64,000 nt of DNA from an uncultured Muribaculaceae bacterium (lineage in GTDB: Bacteria > Bacillota_I > Bacilli_A > RF39 > UBA660), in contig CAYRLX010000002.1 of the NCBI GenBank assembly GCA_964425325.1, positions 14,611 through 78,610 of the forward strand, in the 5' to 3' direction. Shown here piece after piece: positions 9,773 through 18,709 of the stretch. The position numbers and the translations under genes are program-made. The stretch's first letter is position 1, and every line of letters begins with the position of its first letter. Under the pieces are notes generated by a model. The model did not search any database and had not been told where the DNA came from. It saw nothing but the letters and a program-made list of their open reading frames with translations.

Positions 9773-10321
9773 TCAAACTATAATTTTATCAACTATGCCT
9801 AATTTTAAAGCCTCACTACTGTCAAGCCAAAAATCTTTTTTAAGCTCTATCTCGGCTTGTTCATTTGATAATAAAGAATTTTCAACTATAATCTCAGATA
9901 AAGTTTTATGAGTTCTTTGAATTTCATTCGTAAAAACCAATATATCAGATATTTTTCCTTCAGTAGAGCTAGATAATTCATGAAGCATTACTCTACCATG
10001 AGTTAAAATCTTCCTTTTACCCTTAGTTCCTGACATAAGAAGAATTGAAGCCATTGAAGCAGATAAACCTATTCCTATCGTCGATACATCTGATTTAACA
10101 TATTTAATCGTATCATAGATCATAAGCCCACTAGTTACACATCCACCTGGAGAATTAATATATATCGTAATATCCTCATTACTTTGTGAATCCAAATATA
10201 AAAGTTTAGCTACAACTTCACTTGCCATCTTATCGTTAATCTCACCGTTTATAAATATAATTCTACCTTCAAGTAATTTTTTATATACCTCATTTTCGAA
10301 AATATTATTCAAAAAAACCAC
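9773..10321 (-). CDS. clpP: ClpP-family serine protease (S14)
   Basis: Alignable ClpP catalytic motifs are present: Ser in GLSASMAS, His in RVMLHEL, Asp in KKDFWLDSSEALKLGIVDKI. The N-terminal EGRIIFINGEINDKMASEVVAKLLYLD matches the ClpP consensus. Confidence 0.75.
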   Translation of the reverse strand: MVFLNNIFENEVYKKLLEGRIIFINGEINDKMASEVVAKLLYLDSQSNEDITIYINSPGGCVTSGLMIYDTIKYVKSDVSTIGIGLSASMASILLMSGTKGKRKILTHGRVMLHELSSSTEGKISDILVFTNEIQRTHKTLSEIIVENSLLSNEQAEIELKKDFWLDSSEALKLGIVDKIIV

Positions 10322-11234
10322 CCCCTTTTGTCTTCATGTCAACATTAAGTACAGCTTCATTACTGATATTAAAAAGTTCATCAAAATCTTTATCATAAGT
10401 AATAGATGCATGTTCGATTAATAGCTTATTATATAAATTATCTATCATACGTCCATTACCAAAGTTTTTCTCTTTCTTTTTATCTCTAATAATTTTTTTA
10501 ATACTATGAGTAGCTTCCTCACTAATAGAAAGCCCGCTACATTCTATCTTCTTCATAAATATCTCTAAAAGTTCTTCTTCAGAGTAATCCTTAAAAGAAA
10601 TATCATAACCAATCCTAGATTTAATACCAGGGTTTAAATTAACAAAGTCATCCATTTCGCCATCATATCCAGCAAATATAAAAACCGTTTCTTTTTCTTC
10701 CATATCTTTAATAATTTCAGCTATTGCTTCATCAGAAAAATTAGTTTCATCATCACTATGATTAAATCCATAAGCCTCATCAATAAAAATTAACCCGCCT
10801 TTGTATTCATTTAAAAATTTTCTAGTTTTTATAGCAGTTTGGCCAACATAACCCGCAATAAATTCTCTTGGAGTAGTCTCTACTATTTTATCTGTTTTTA
10901 AGTATCCTAAATCATATAATATTTTTCCCATTAACCTTGCAACTGTTGTTTTACCAGTTCCAGGATTACCTTTAAAAAGCATATTTAAATTAACTTTATC
11001 TATTTTTGCCCTATCACCTAATCTACTTAAAAATTTCAAATAATTAATTAACTTATTAACTTCCTCTTTAACTTCATTTAAACCGATTAAATTATTTAAA
11101 CTAGTAGTTATTTGATAAAGATCATTTTCATGACTTATATCTTTTCCTCGCCTAGATTTGTCTCTAGCATCTATTTCATCTAAACGCATTTGTATCTCAT
11201 ATAAAATATCTTCTACACTTTTAGATGTGTTCAT
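10305..11234 (-). CDS. AAA+ ATPase of the SpoVK/CbbX type
   Basis: Walker A GNPGTGKTT, Walker B LIFIDEAYGF, and an overall CbbX/SpoVK layout. Overlaps the clpP-like start by 17 nt. Confidence 0.8.
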   Translation of the reverse strand: MNTSKSVEDILYEIQMRLDEIDARDKSRRGKDISHENDLYQITTSLNNLIGLNEVKEEVNKLINYLKFLSRLGDRAKIDKVNLNMLFKGNPGTGKTTVARLMGKILYDLGYLKTDKIVETTPREFIAGYVGQTAIKTRKFLNEYKGGLIFIDEAYGFNHSDDETNFSDEAIAEIIKDMEEKETVFIFAGYDGEMDDFVNLNPGIKSRIGYDISFKDYSEEELLEIFMKKIECSGLSISEEATHSIKKIIRDKKKEKNFGNGRMIDNLYNKLLIEHASITYDKDFDELFNISNEAVLNVDMKTKGGGFFE

Positions 11235-11391
11235 TTTTTCTCACCTCTAGCTTTTTTACTTTTGGCTTATCTTTAATACTATCTTGATTTTCTTTTTTTA
11301 CGTCTATTGTTTCTTTTTCTAACATAGATAAAAGATCCCTATATTTTTTTAATTCCTCTATCTCACTTCTAATTTCATCAAGTTCCATCAT
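11221..11391 (-). CDS. small coiled-coil protein (about 57 aa)
   Basis: ATGATG follows a GGGGGTG RBS. Overlaps the AAA+ gene start by 14 nt. The upstream part of the provided 77-aa ORF lacks an RBS. Confidence 0.4.
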   Translation of the reverse strand: MMELDEIRSEIEELKKYRDLLSMLEKETIDVKKENQDSIKDKPKVKKLEVRKNEHI

Positions 11392-11489
11392 ATCACCCCC
11401 TACCCACCTATAAGAAAGGAATAAAAAGTCCCTTCTTGCAAAACATTTTAACAAAAAAAAGACATTATTTTTTAAACAATAATGACTTT

Positions 11490-11981
11490 TTATTTTTTTA
11501 TACTATTTAATGTTTTTACTTTAGGCCTCGAAACTTTTCTATTATCTACAGAAATATTATCACCAATACTATTTAAATATATCTGATATTCTTGCAGCTC
11601 AGTTAATGCACTTTTTATTAATCTTAACTCTTCAGCATCTTTAGAGTTACTAGCTATTAAAAGTAATTTAGAATAAATTTGCCTAAATTTTAAAGGCGAA
11701 GATCCAATTATATCTTTAAATTTTTCAGAATAATATTCTAAAGAATTAAACCCATTTGAAAGCGCTATTTTAAGAATAGAATCATCTGTATAAATAAGTG
11801 GACTTGTACTATTATAAACTCTGCATTCATTTACAAATTCATTTATAGTAAAACCAGTATAATCCTTAAATCTTCTCATAATATAAGCCTTATCATAATG
11901 AAAAACTGAAGCTATTTGTTCCACACTTATAGATTCATTTATATTACTAATAATATATTCACATATTTCTTTTATATCCAT
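11490..11981 (-). CDS. small AraC/XylS-family HTH transcriptional regulator
   Basis: Typical AraC C-terminal HTH: KIALSNGFNSLEYYSEKFKDIIGSSPLKFRQ. Start placed at MDIKEI after the AGGGGGAA RBS. Confidence 0.7.
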   Translation of the reverse strand: MDIKEICEYIISNINESISVEQIASVFHYDKAYIMRRFKDYTGFTINEFVNECRVYNSTSPLIYTDDSILKIALSNGFNSLEYYSEKFKDIIGSSPLKFRQIYSKLLLIASNSKDAEELRLIKSALTELQEYQIYLNSIGDNISVDNRKVSRPKVKTLNSIKK

Positions 11982-12059
11982 GATTTCTTCCCCCTTAGAA
12001 ATCAATAAAACTTTAGTTTAATTATACCAAATAAGGTATTTATGTCAAATTTCATTAAT

Positions 12060-12130
12060 TATTTATTTAAAAAAGTCTTGAATTACAAGACTTTTAATAA
12101 CTAAATGGTAACTTGTACGGATTTTGAACC
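12060..12130 (-). repeat. Cassette boundary copy C: a perfect hairpin (aagtcttgaattacaagactt) plus a 23-nt copy of the tRNA-Glu 3' end carrying 3 mismatches
   Basis: tggtaacttgtacggattttgaacc at 12108-12132 compares with tggtgacctgtacgggatttgaacc at 15428. Confidence 0.6.
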
Positions 12131-12177
12131 AATAATAATTTTTACCTTTATTTTTAAGTTGTTTTCAATTTCATATA

Positions 12178-12867
12178 TTAATTTGGCCTTGTTTTTGTTC
12201 TTGGTGTAAAAACGTTTTCTATCTGTGATTTTTTATTCATGCAGAAAAAGCTTTTTGCCTCTTCAAAAATTCTATTACTTTCTTTTCTCAAATATTCAGA
12301 ATCACGAACTAACTTTAAAAGTTTTTCTCTTTCATAATTCTTTAAGATATAATTTACGATTGTATAAGCTGCATTATAATTCCCTGAGCCGAAATTTAAA
12401 AAATCATTTTTCAGAACTTCGAAATCACAATTGGTTAAATCAACAACATTATATTTTTGACCAGATAAAATGGTAGCTATCCCTTCCCTAAACCATATTG
12501 TCTGATTATAGTCATCATTTATAGCATCGTGACATATATGAACTATTTCGTGTAATAACATTTTAAAAGTTTCTTCTATAGTTGAATTTTTATGTGTTGT
12601 ATATTTTCTCTGGTCATCTACACTTAAAATTCTTATTGTTTTTGTTCTTCCATCAGTGGTACCTCTTATATAGTCATACACTCTACCATAGCTTTTTTTA
12701 AGATACTCCCTGAATGATTCATATTCCATTATTTTAATAGTGCATTTTTCTTGTAAATTATTCAGTCCAAAAAAATCAAATATATTTTTTTCGTTAGCTA
12801 TAATATAATCAATAAGTTCATCATAATAATCTATATCAACAAAACTTTCTATTATAAAATTGTCCAA
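12178..12867 (-). CDS. Putative HExxH zinc metallopeptidase-like protein (229 aa). The start is ambiguous.
   Basis: HEIVH motif. The in-frame start is TTG. An out-of-frame ATG followed by an A8 tract lies 14 nt upstream. Confidence 0.5.
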   Translation of the reverse strand: MDNFIIESFVDIDYYDELIDYIIANEKNIFDFFGLNNLQEKCTIKIMEYESFREYLKKSYGRVYDYIRGTTDGRTKTIRILSVDDQRKYTTHKNSTIEETFKMLLHEIVHICHDAINDDYNQTIWFREGIATILSGQKYNVVDLTNCDFEVLKNDFLNFGSGNYNAAYTIVNYILKNYEREKLLKLVRDSEYLRKESNRIFEEAKSFFCMNKKSQIENVFTPRTKTRPN

Positions 12868-12944
12868 TTCTTTTTTTTCATAAATACCAACCTATTTCTT
12901 ATATCAATTGTAACATGGTGATATATAATTGTAAATATCTCTTT

Positions 12945-13125
12945 TTTTCGTTGTCGTTTTAGTCATTTTTTTTGGTCATGTTTTAGTAAAAAATAACCTT
13001 TTTTTATCAAAAATTGTGCTTAACAAAAAATATAAAAATTCTTGATAAAACCCTTATAAAATAAAGAAAAAGCCTTGATAACAAGACTTTTGATTTCTTA
13101 ATGGTGACCTGTACGGGATTTGAAT
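12945..13125 (-). repeat. Cassette boundary copy B: about 143-nt repeat with TTGACA/TTGATAA boxes, hairpin, and a 23-nt identical copy of the tRNA-Glu 3' end
   Basis: 12981-13122 aligns at about 90% identity with 15307-15450. Confidence 0.7.
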
Positions 13126-13252
13126 CCCAACTCACCTTATCCCTTATTTTAAACGTTTTTTTCATTTTCACAAATTAATTTGGTCTTGTTTTTGGTCTTG
13201 TTTTAAAAATAATTTAACATACTATATTTTTCTATCTACCAAATATTGTTAC

Positions 13253-15211
13253 TTATCTTACTCTCTCAGAACTTTCAATTTCACTTATTATTTTTTCTTT
13301 TGTCTCACCACTAAAATGTTTTGCTTTATTAATACTTTCTATTTCACTAAGTAATGAATTTGAGTTACTCACATCCTCATATATTTTTTTTGCGTTTTCA
13401 TATTCAAGTCTATCTTTAATTGAACTTTTATAATTATAATATGATTCTTCAGACATATTGTCTTTCCATTCTTGACGTAGTTGTGCCTCTTTGTCTAGCA
13501 ATGACTGATGTTTCTCTTCTTCTTTTCTTCTATCAAACTCTTCATTTTCCTTTAACGCTTGCTCATACATTTCTGAATATTGTTTTGCTTCTTCAGCTTT
13601 TTTTCTATCAAATTCCTGATTTTCTTTTATAGCTTGTTCATACATTTCGGAATACTCTCTTGCTTCTTCCTCAACCCTCGTATATACCTCGCTCATCAAT
13701 CGATCTTCTTCAGTTTTTTGACTTGCACTTTCATATATTTGACCCATCAAATTTTCAACTTCATCATCCACATTTTGGTCAGTAGAATTATTAGCACTTT
13801 GAACAACTTCTTGAGTTTTTTCTGAACCAACTTTCTTTATTGGAACTCCAACAATTACTTCATCATTATCTAAATCTTGTTTATTAGTTATGATAGCTTT
13901 TGCTCTTTTTAATATATCTTCACCATTATAATATGGTAATTTGGCTTGCCAATAATCTCTTCTAAATCTTTCAACTTCTTCTATTATTTTTTCAAGATAT
14001 TTGTATTGTTCTATAGTTATAGTATTTGGCAAATCAATTACGATATCATTATATGTACCAAATATTAACACCCCATCTTCATAATCTCTGTTAAATCCAT
14101 CATAATTCCTTTTAGGAAAAATTTCTTTTTCCAAGCGTCTAATAATTTCATTATGAGTGTCAGCAGTATCATACCTAAAAGCAACTTGCTTTTTCGTAAT
14201 AATACCAGCCATTTTAGAATAACGTCTTTGGCTGATTTCTTTATCATCACTGTAACGCCAAGCTAAAAAACTATATACACCCAAATCATCCTCTTTAGGC
14301 CCAATAATAGTAGGCGTTAACCTATAATAACTATCATTATAATGATTTACAGCATTTGGATATTCAAAATCGTATGAGTATAACTCTTGATATTTTAAAT
14401 TTATAGAATCACTCACCACAACTTTACTTAATATTGCATCTAAATTTTCATCATCTTCTACCACATCAACTATCTTTCGATTATCTTCATAATCAATTAT
14501 GCTTGAATGAATTACTATTCTTTGTCCTGTTCTTGCTTCAAATTTTTTAATTTCATCATTTAGATTTTGTAATGATGCTTTTTGTGATGAATTTATTTTT
14601 GATGGTATTTCGACAGTCATCATGAAAGACTCTTGCGTATTTTTAGATGCTCTATTAATATATCTAATTACTATATCCTGTCCAGTTTCACGCATGTTTC
14701 TTGCATTATCACCATATACAGCTCTTATAATTTCCAGCACATTTTCATCATGATGTCCAGACCCTTCCAACCCATTTTCTGAATTATCATTAAATCTTGA
14801 AAGTGTAGAAGAAGGTGTTATAACTGTTACAGCATTTAAATCATACTGATACTTTTTTCCTTCTTCAAAATTAAATTCTTCATCTAATGAAAATTTACCT
14901 AAATCATATTCTAAATCTCTTGAAGCATTTTTTAATTTATAATAGTGATCTTCGAATATTCCTAATGCTTGTAGGATATCTTCTGAAACTTGTAAATCTT
15001 CATCAAACATGGCATCATCCAACTTATCATTAAAATTGTGAATAACTGTAAAAAAATCATCTAAATATGAAAGGTCATTAATCACACTTCTAACTTGGGC
15101 CTCATCAGTAAAATAATTAAAAGTATCAATACTTCCTAATATACTTTCAAGATATCTTATTTCATCTTCTGGTACATATTTTAAAATCAAATTAGAAAAG
15201 CTATTTTCCAT
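13253..15211 (-). CDS. Hypothetical protein (652 aa) with a C-terminal tandem peptide repeat
   Basis: GGAGG RBS before ATG (rc of 15209-15211). The C-terminal repeat is REYSEMYEQAIKENQEFDRKKAEEA / KQYSEMYEQALKENEEFDRRKEEE, encoded by a 66-nt tandem DNA repeat at about 13540-13680. Confidence 0.55.
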   Translation of the reverse strand: MENSFSNLILKYVPEDEIRYLESILGSIDTFNYFTDEAQVRSVINDLSYLDDFFTVIHNFNDKLDDAMFDEDLQVSEDILQALGIFEDHYYKLKNASRDLEYDLGKFSLDEEFNFEEGKKYQYDLNAVTVITPSSTLSRFNDNSENGLEGSGHHDENVLEIIRAVYGDNARNMRETGQDIVIRYINRASKNTQESFMMTVEIPSKINSSQKASLQNLNDEIKKFEARTGQRIVIHSSIIDYEDNRKIVDVVEDDENLDAILSKVVVSDSINLKYQELYSYDFEYPNAVNHYNDSYYRLTPTIIGPKEDDLGVYSFLAWRYSDDKEISQRRYSKMAGIITKKQVAFRYDTADTHNEIIRRLEKEIFPKRNYDGFNRDYEDGVLIFGTYNDIVIDLPNTITIEQYKYLEKIIEEVERFRRDYWQAKLPYYNGEDILKRAKAIITNKQDLDNDEVIVGVPIKKVGSEKTQEVVQSANNSTDQNVDDEVENLMGQIYESASQKTEEDRLMSEVYTRVEEEAREYSEMYEQAIKENQEFDRKKAEEAKQYSEMYEQALKENEEFDRRKEEEKHQSLLDKEAQLRQEWKDNMSEESYYNYKSSIKDRLEYENAKKIYEDVSNSNSLLSEIESINKAKHFSGETKEKIISEIESSERVR

Positions 15212-15261
15212 AAACAAACCTCCATCAACTATTCTATAACAATCTTATCATTATTGGTTTT

Positions 15262-15427
15262 TATAGTCAATTTTTCGGCCTTGTTTTTAGTCTTGTTTTG
15301 TTCTTGTTTTTGTCAAAAATAACCCTTTTTAATCAAAAATTGTGCTTGACAAAAAGTGTGAAAATTCTTGACAAAACCCTTATAAAATAAAGAAAAAGCC
15401 TTGATAACAAGACTTTTGATTTCTTAA
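15262..15427 (-). repeat. Cassette boundary copy A: iterons plus TTGACA-box region plus hairpin, directly abutting the intact tRNA-Glu
   Basis: On the minus strand: AAAACAAGAAC AAAACAAGACT AAAAACAAGGCC as 11-nt direct repeats (rc of 15270-15305). Then TTGTCAAG boxes, then the hairpin aaaagtcttgttatcaaggcttttt. Confidence 0.7.
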
Positions 15428-15503
15428 TGGTGACCTGTACGGGATTTGAACCCATGAATGCGTGCGTGAAAGGCACGTGTGTTAACCGCTTCACCAACAG
15501 GCC
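15428..15503 (-). tRNA. tRNA-Glu (anticodon TTC)
   Basis: The reverse complement ggcctgttggtgaagcggttaacacacgtgcctttcacgcacgcattcatgggttcaaatcccgtacaggtcacca gives a cloverleaf with anticodon loop cuUUCac. Confidence 0.85.
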
Positions 15504-15506
15504 AAA

Positions 15507-15583
<77 letters not shown>

Positions 15584-15762
15584 AATTAATCCAGCTATTT
15601 AAGTATACCCTATTTTATTCATTTTTACAAGTATTTTTTATATTTTTTTAACACATTTGTTATTTTTTTGTACTTTTTTAGTTATTTTTTTTGTAATAGA
15701 TAAAAAATAACTATTTATTTTTATTAATATTTGTGTTATACTTTATACGTTGACAAATTTTT

Positions 15763-15838
15763 GACTCCTTAGCTCAGTTGGTAGAGCAACTGACTCTTAA
15801 TCAGTGGGTCTGGGGTTCGAGCCCCCAAGGGGTCACCA
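15763..15838 (+). tRNA. tRNA-Lys (anticodon CTT)
   Basis: gactccttagctcagttggtagagcaactgactcttaatcagtgggtctggggttcgagcccccaaggggtcacca has anticodon loop cuCUUaa. It is followed by the terminator acttgctaaatgcaagtttttttat. Confidence 0.85.
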
Positions 15839-15871
15839 TTAAAAAAATATACTTGCTAAATGCAAGTTTTT

Positions 15872-16384
15872 TTATACCACTTTTCCTGGAACACCAACAA
15901 TAGTTGAATTACTAGGAACATCTTTTAAAACAATAGACCCTGCTCCTATTTTAACATTGTCATCTATATTAATATTTCCAAGTACCTTTGCTCCCGCACC
16001 TATTAATACATTGTTTCCTATATTAGGATGCCTTTTACCTTCTTCTTTTCCAGTTCCACCTAAAGTTACACCTTGATAAATTATTACATTATCTCCTATT
16101 ACTGTAGTCTCACCTATAACTACCCCACTTCCATGATCGATAAATAAATTTTTACCTATAATAGCCCCAGGATGAATTTCAATTCCTGTTTTTTTCCTTC
16201 CGATATAGCAAATCTTTCTAGAAATATAATAAAACTTTTTTAAATAAAAAAATCTGGATATAAAATAATATATAATCGCTTTAAACCCCGGCATTATATA
16301 AACTTCCCTTCTTTTTTTAATAGAAGGGTCTTTTTCTATAATAAAATTAGATAATTCTTTCAAATACTTAAACATAATTACCAC
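15872..16384 (-). CDS. serine O-acetyltransferase-like hexapeptide-repeat acetyltransferase
   Basis: Left-handed beta-helix hexapeptide repeats: [41 protein letters not shown]. Confidence 0.7.
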   Translation of the reverse strand: MVIMFKYLKELSNFIIEKDPSIKKRREVYIMPGFKAIIYYFISRFFYLKKFYYISRKICYIGRKKTGIEIHPGAIIGKNLFIDHGSGVVIGETTVIGDNVIIYQGVTLGGTGKEEGKRHPNIGNNVLIGAGAKVLGNINIDDNVKIGAGSIVLKDVPSNSTIVGVPGKVV

Positions 16385-16436
16385 CTAAAATAATATATGA
16401 AACAATAAAAAAACAAAATAGTAACATTAACTAGCT

Positions 16437-17603
16437 TTAAGGAATTTGACTAATTGTTTTTGCATGCTCCTCACTACCCAAATAAGACTTATCTAAAAAA
16501 TTATCTTTATCTAAATAATCATATTTAAATTCAAGTATTTTACGGGCTGACTCATTAATCCTATCTAAAGAGACCTTATCTTTAATAATATTTATAGTAT
16601 TAATCCCATCACTAGGAATTAAAAGTAAATCATTACCAGCTTCTATTGCTTTAATATAAGCTTCTTCATTTGAATAATTATCGCTAATAGCGCCCATGTT
16701 AAGAGCATCAGTTACTATTAAACCATTATAATTTAAATCGTTTTTTAAAATATCTATAACTTCTTTAGATAAGCTAGCAGGAGTATTATCGTGAGTTATT
16801 TGAGGAATAGCAATATGACCTACCATAATCATTTTAGCTTCAGCTTTAACCGCACTCTTAAAAGGGACTAATTCAAATGACTTAAGATCATCTAAACTCT
16901 TATTAATAATAGGAAGACTTTCGTGAGAATCTATATCAGTATCACCATGACCTGGAAAATGCTTATAAACACCTATTACACCATTATCTTCTAAACCTTT
17001 AGTAAAGCGTACTGCCATATTAGAGACTATTTCTGCATCACTTCCAAAACTTCTTTTACCAATAACAGTATTGTTTGGATTAGAATAAATATCAATTACA
17101 GGAGCAAAGTCAACATTAACTCCTATAGTTCTAACTTCTTCAGCAATTAATTTACCTATATTATAAGCTAAATCATAATTATTAATTAAGCCCACATTAT
17201 ACATAAAAGGAATATCACTTACTGAGGCATCCATTAAATATTTAAGTCTTTGAACGCTTCCTCCCTCTTCATCTATAGAAATAATCAAAGGAATCCTACT
17301 ATTTTCTTTTAAGTCAGAAACAAACTGTCTAGTCTTATCAAATGTAGTAATATTTTCTTTCATTAAAATAAAGCCACCAGGAGGAGTCGAATTTAAAAAA
17401 CTTTTTAAATTATCATCTACATAATCACTATCATACTCTATTATAAGCATCTGGGCTATCTTCTCTTCTATGCTCATATTTTCTAGCATAATATCTATCT
17501 TATCTTTTTTTATAGTCTCTTTTTTAACTTCTTTAACACTTTCTTTAATATTAGTGCACCCAGATATAAGTAAAATTAAAACAAAAACAATTATTTTTTT
17601 CAT
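16437..17603 (-). CDS. beta-N-acetylhexosaminidase (GH3, NagZ-like) lipoprotein
   Basis: Lipobox LLISGC at the N-terminus. GH3 motifs IISIDEEGG and KHFPGHGDT. Confidence 0.75.
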   Translation of the reverse strand: MKKIIVFVLILLISGCTNIKESVKEVKKETIKKDKIDIMLENMSIEEKIAQMLIIEYDSDYVDDNLKSFLNSTPPGGFILMKENITTFDKTRQFVSDLKENSRIPLIISIDEEGGSVQRLKYLMDASVSDIPFMYNVGLINNYDLAYNIGKLIAEEVRTIGVNVDFAPVIDIYSNPNNTVIGKRSFGSDAEIVSNMAVRFTKGLEDNGVIGVYKHFPGHGDTDIDSHESLPIINKSLDDLKSFELVPFKSAVKAEAKMIMVGHIAIPQITHDNTPASLSKEVIDILKNDLNYNGLIVTDALNMGAISDNYSNEEAYIKAIEAGNDLLLIPSDGINTINIIKDKVSLDRINESARKILEFKYDYLDKDNFLDKSYLGSEEHAKTISQIP

Positions 17604-17611
17604 TTTGGCAC

Positions 17612-18709
17612 CTATAATTTATCTATTTTAACAAGAAAATCATTTAAGTATTTATACCAAGAATATATTTTTTTCTTTTTATATTTATAATTATCCCTTT
17701 CCTCTTTACCTGCAGTAGGATGTTTTCTGTTAAACCTATCTACACATCTTTTATAGCACGTATCAGTGCATGTTCTAAGAACTATAACTTCACCTTTTAA
17801 TTTAGATAGATCTTTAAAATTTCTAAAATGAGCACTATCAATAACAATAGTTTTTCCACTATCCTTATAATAATCTAAGATAATCTCATAACATTCATCA
17901 AAATTATCCATCAAAATATTATTTAAATTATCAAACTTATTTATAAAAATATCTTTAAGTTCACTATCAAAAATATTTTGAGTATCAATTACTATATAAT
18001 TATCATCATTTTTATATTTCGTAGTGTAAAAACTTTTACCACTACCACTCTCACCCGTTATATTAATAACCTTATCATCTGTTATTTTTTTAACATATAT
18101 ATCTTTATCTACATTAATACTTATTAATAAATCGTCATCAATCTCTTTTAAAACTTCCATTACAGAATTATATACTTCCATATTAGCTCTTTTATCTTCT
18201 TCACTCGGAACATAAAAACTATTAATTTCATCAAGTACATCGTTAATATTATCTTTATTAATCCTATCTCTAATTAATCTTAAAGATGTGTTATAATGTC
18301 CTCTAATCATTAAACCCGCTAAAGCTTTATAATAAGAATCATCTGGTAAATTAGAATTCTCATATAAATATAAAGCTAAATCATCATCTATTTTCCTTGG
18401 ATTAGATATTATTATTTTATCAGTTCTAAGTACCCCATTAGGAGCAGCCTTACTACCTATACCAATTACCTCAGCATCATCTGGAAAAGACACATCATAT
18501 AAAGTGTCTCCCCTTACAAGCCACCTTAAAATCTTATCAGGTGTACTAAAGTTAAAACCACCCATTTCTTTCGCGTCTTTAGCTAAAGGATTAAAATTAT
18601 CTGCTACATTAACTTCATCTATTTTATAAGTTAAATTCTCATCAGCAGAAGATACATTTCCAAACATAACCTTTACATATTTATTCATAAACTCCAAGTA
18701 ACTCCTCAA
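17612..18709 (-). CDS. Protein with an unknown N-terminal domain and a C-terminal P-loop kinase-like (AAA_33/zeta-like) domain
   Basis: Walker A ITGESGSGKS, then IVIDTQ and IVIDSAHF. Overlaps the ADP-ribosylglycohydrolase gene by 29 nt. Confidence 0.5.
   Translation of the reverse strand: MRSYLEFMNKYVKVMFGNVSSADENLTYKIDEVNVADNFNPLAKDAKEMGGFNFSTPDKILRWLVRGDTLYDVSFPDDAEVIGIGSKAAPNGVLRTDKIIISNPRKIDDDLALYLYENSNLPDDSYYKALAGLMIRGHYNTSLRLIRDRINKDNINDVLDEINSFYVPSEEDKRANMEVYNSVMEVLKEIDDDLLISINVDKDIYVKKITDDKVINITGESGSGKSFYTTKYKNDDNYIVIDTQNIFDSELKDIFINKFDNLNNILMDNFDECYEIILDYYKDSGKTIVIDSAHFRNFKDLSKLKGEVIVLRTCTDTCYKRCVDRFNRKHPTAGKEERDNYKYKKKKIYSWYKYLNDFLVKIDKL

Noticed and set aside
12000-15503. Interpretation of the tRNA-Glu 3'-end repeats as attL/attR of a classical integrated prophage or ICE
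   Set aside because: No integrase, excisionase or phage structural genes are present. The units are only 1-2.3 kb each. They are reported as cassette-like units rather than as a defined mobile element.
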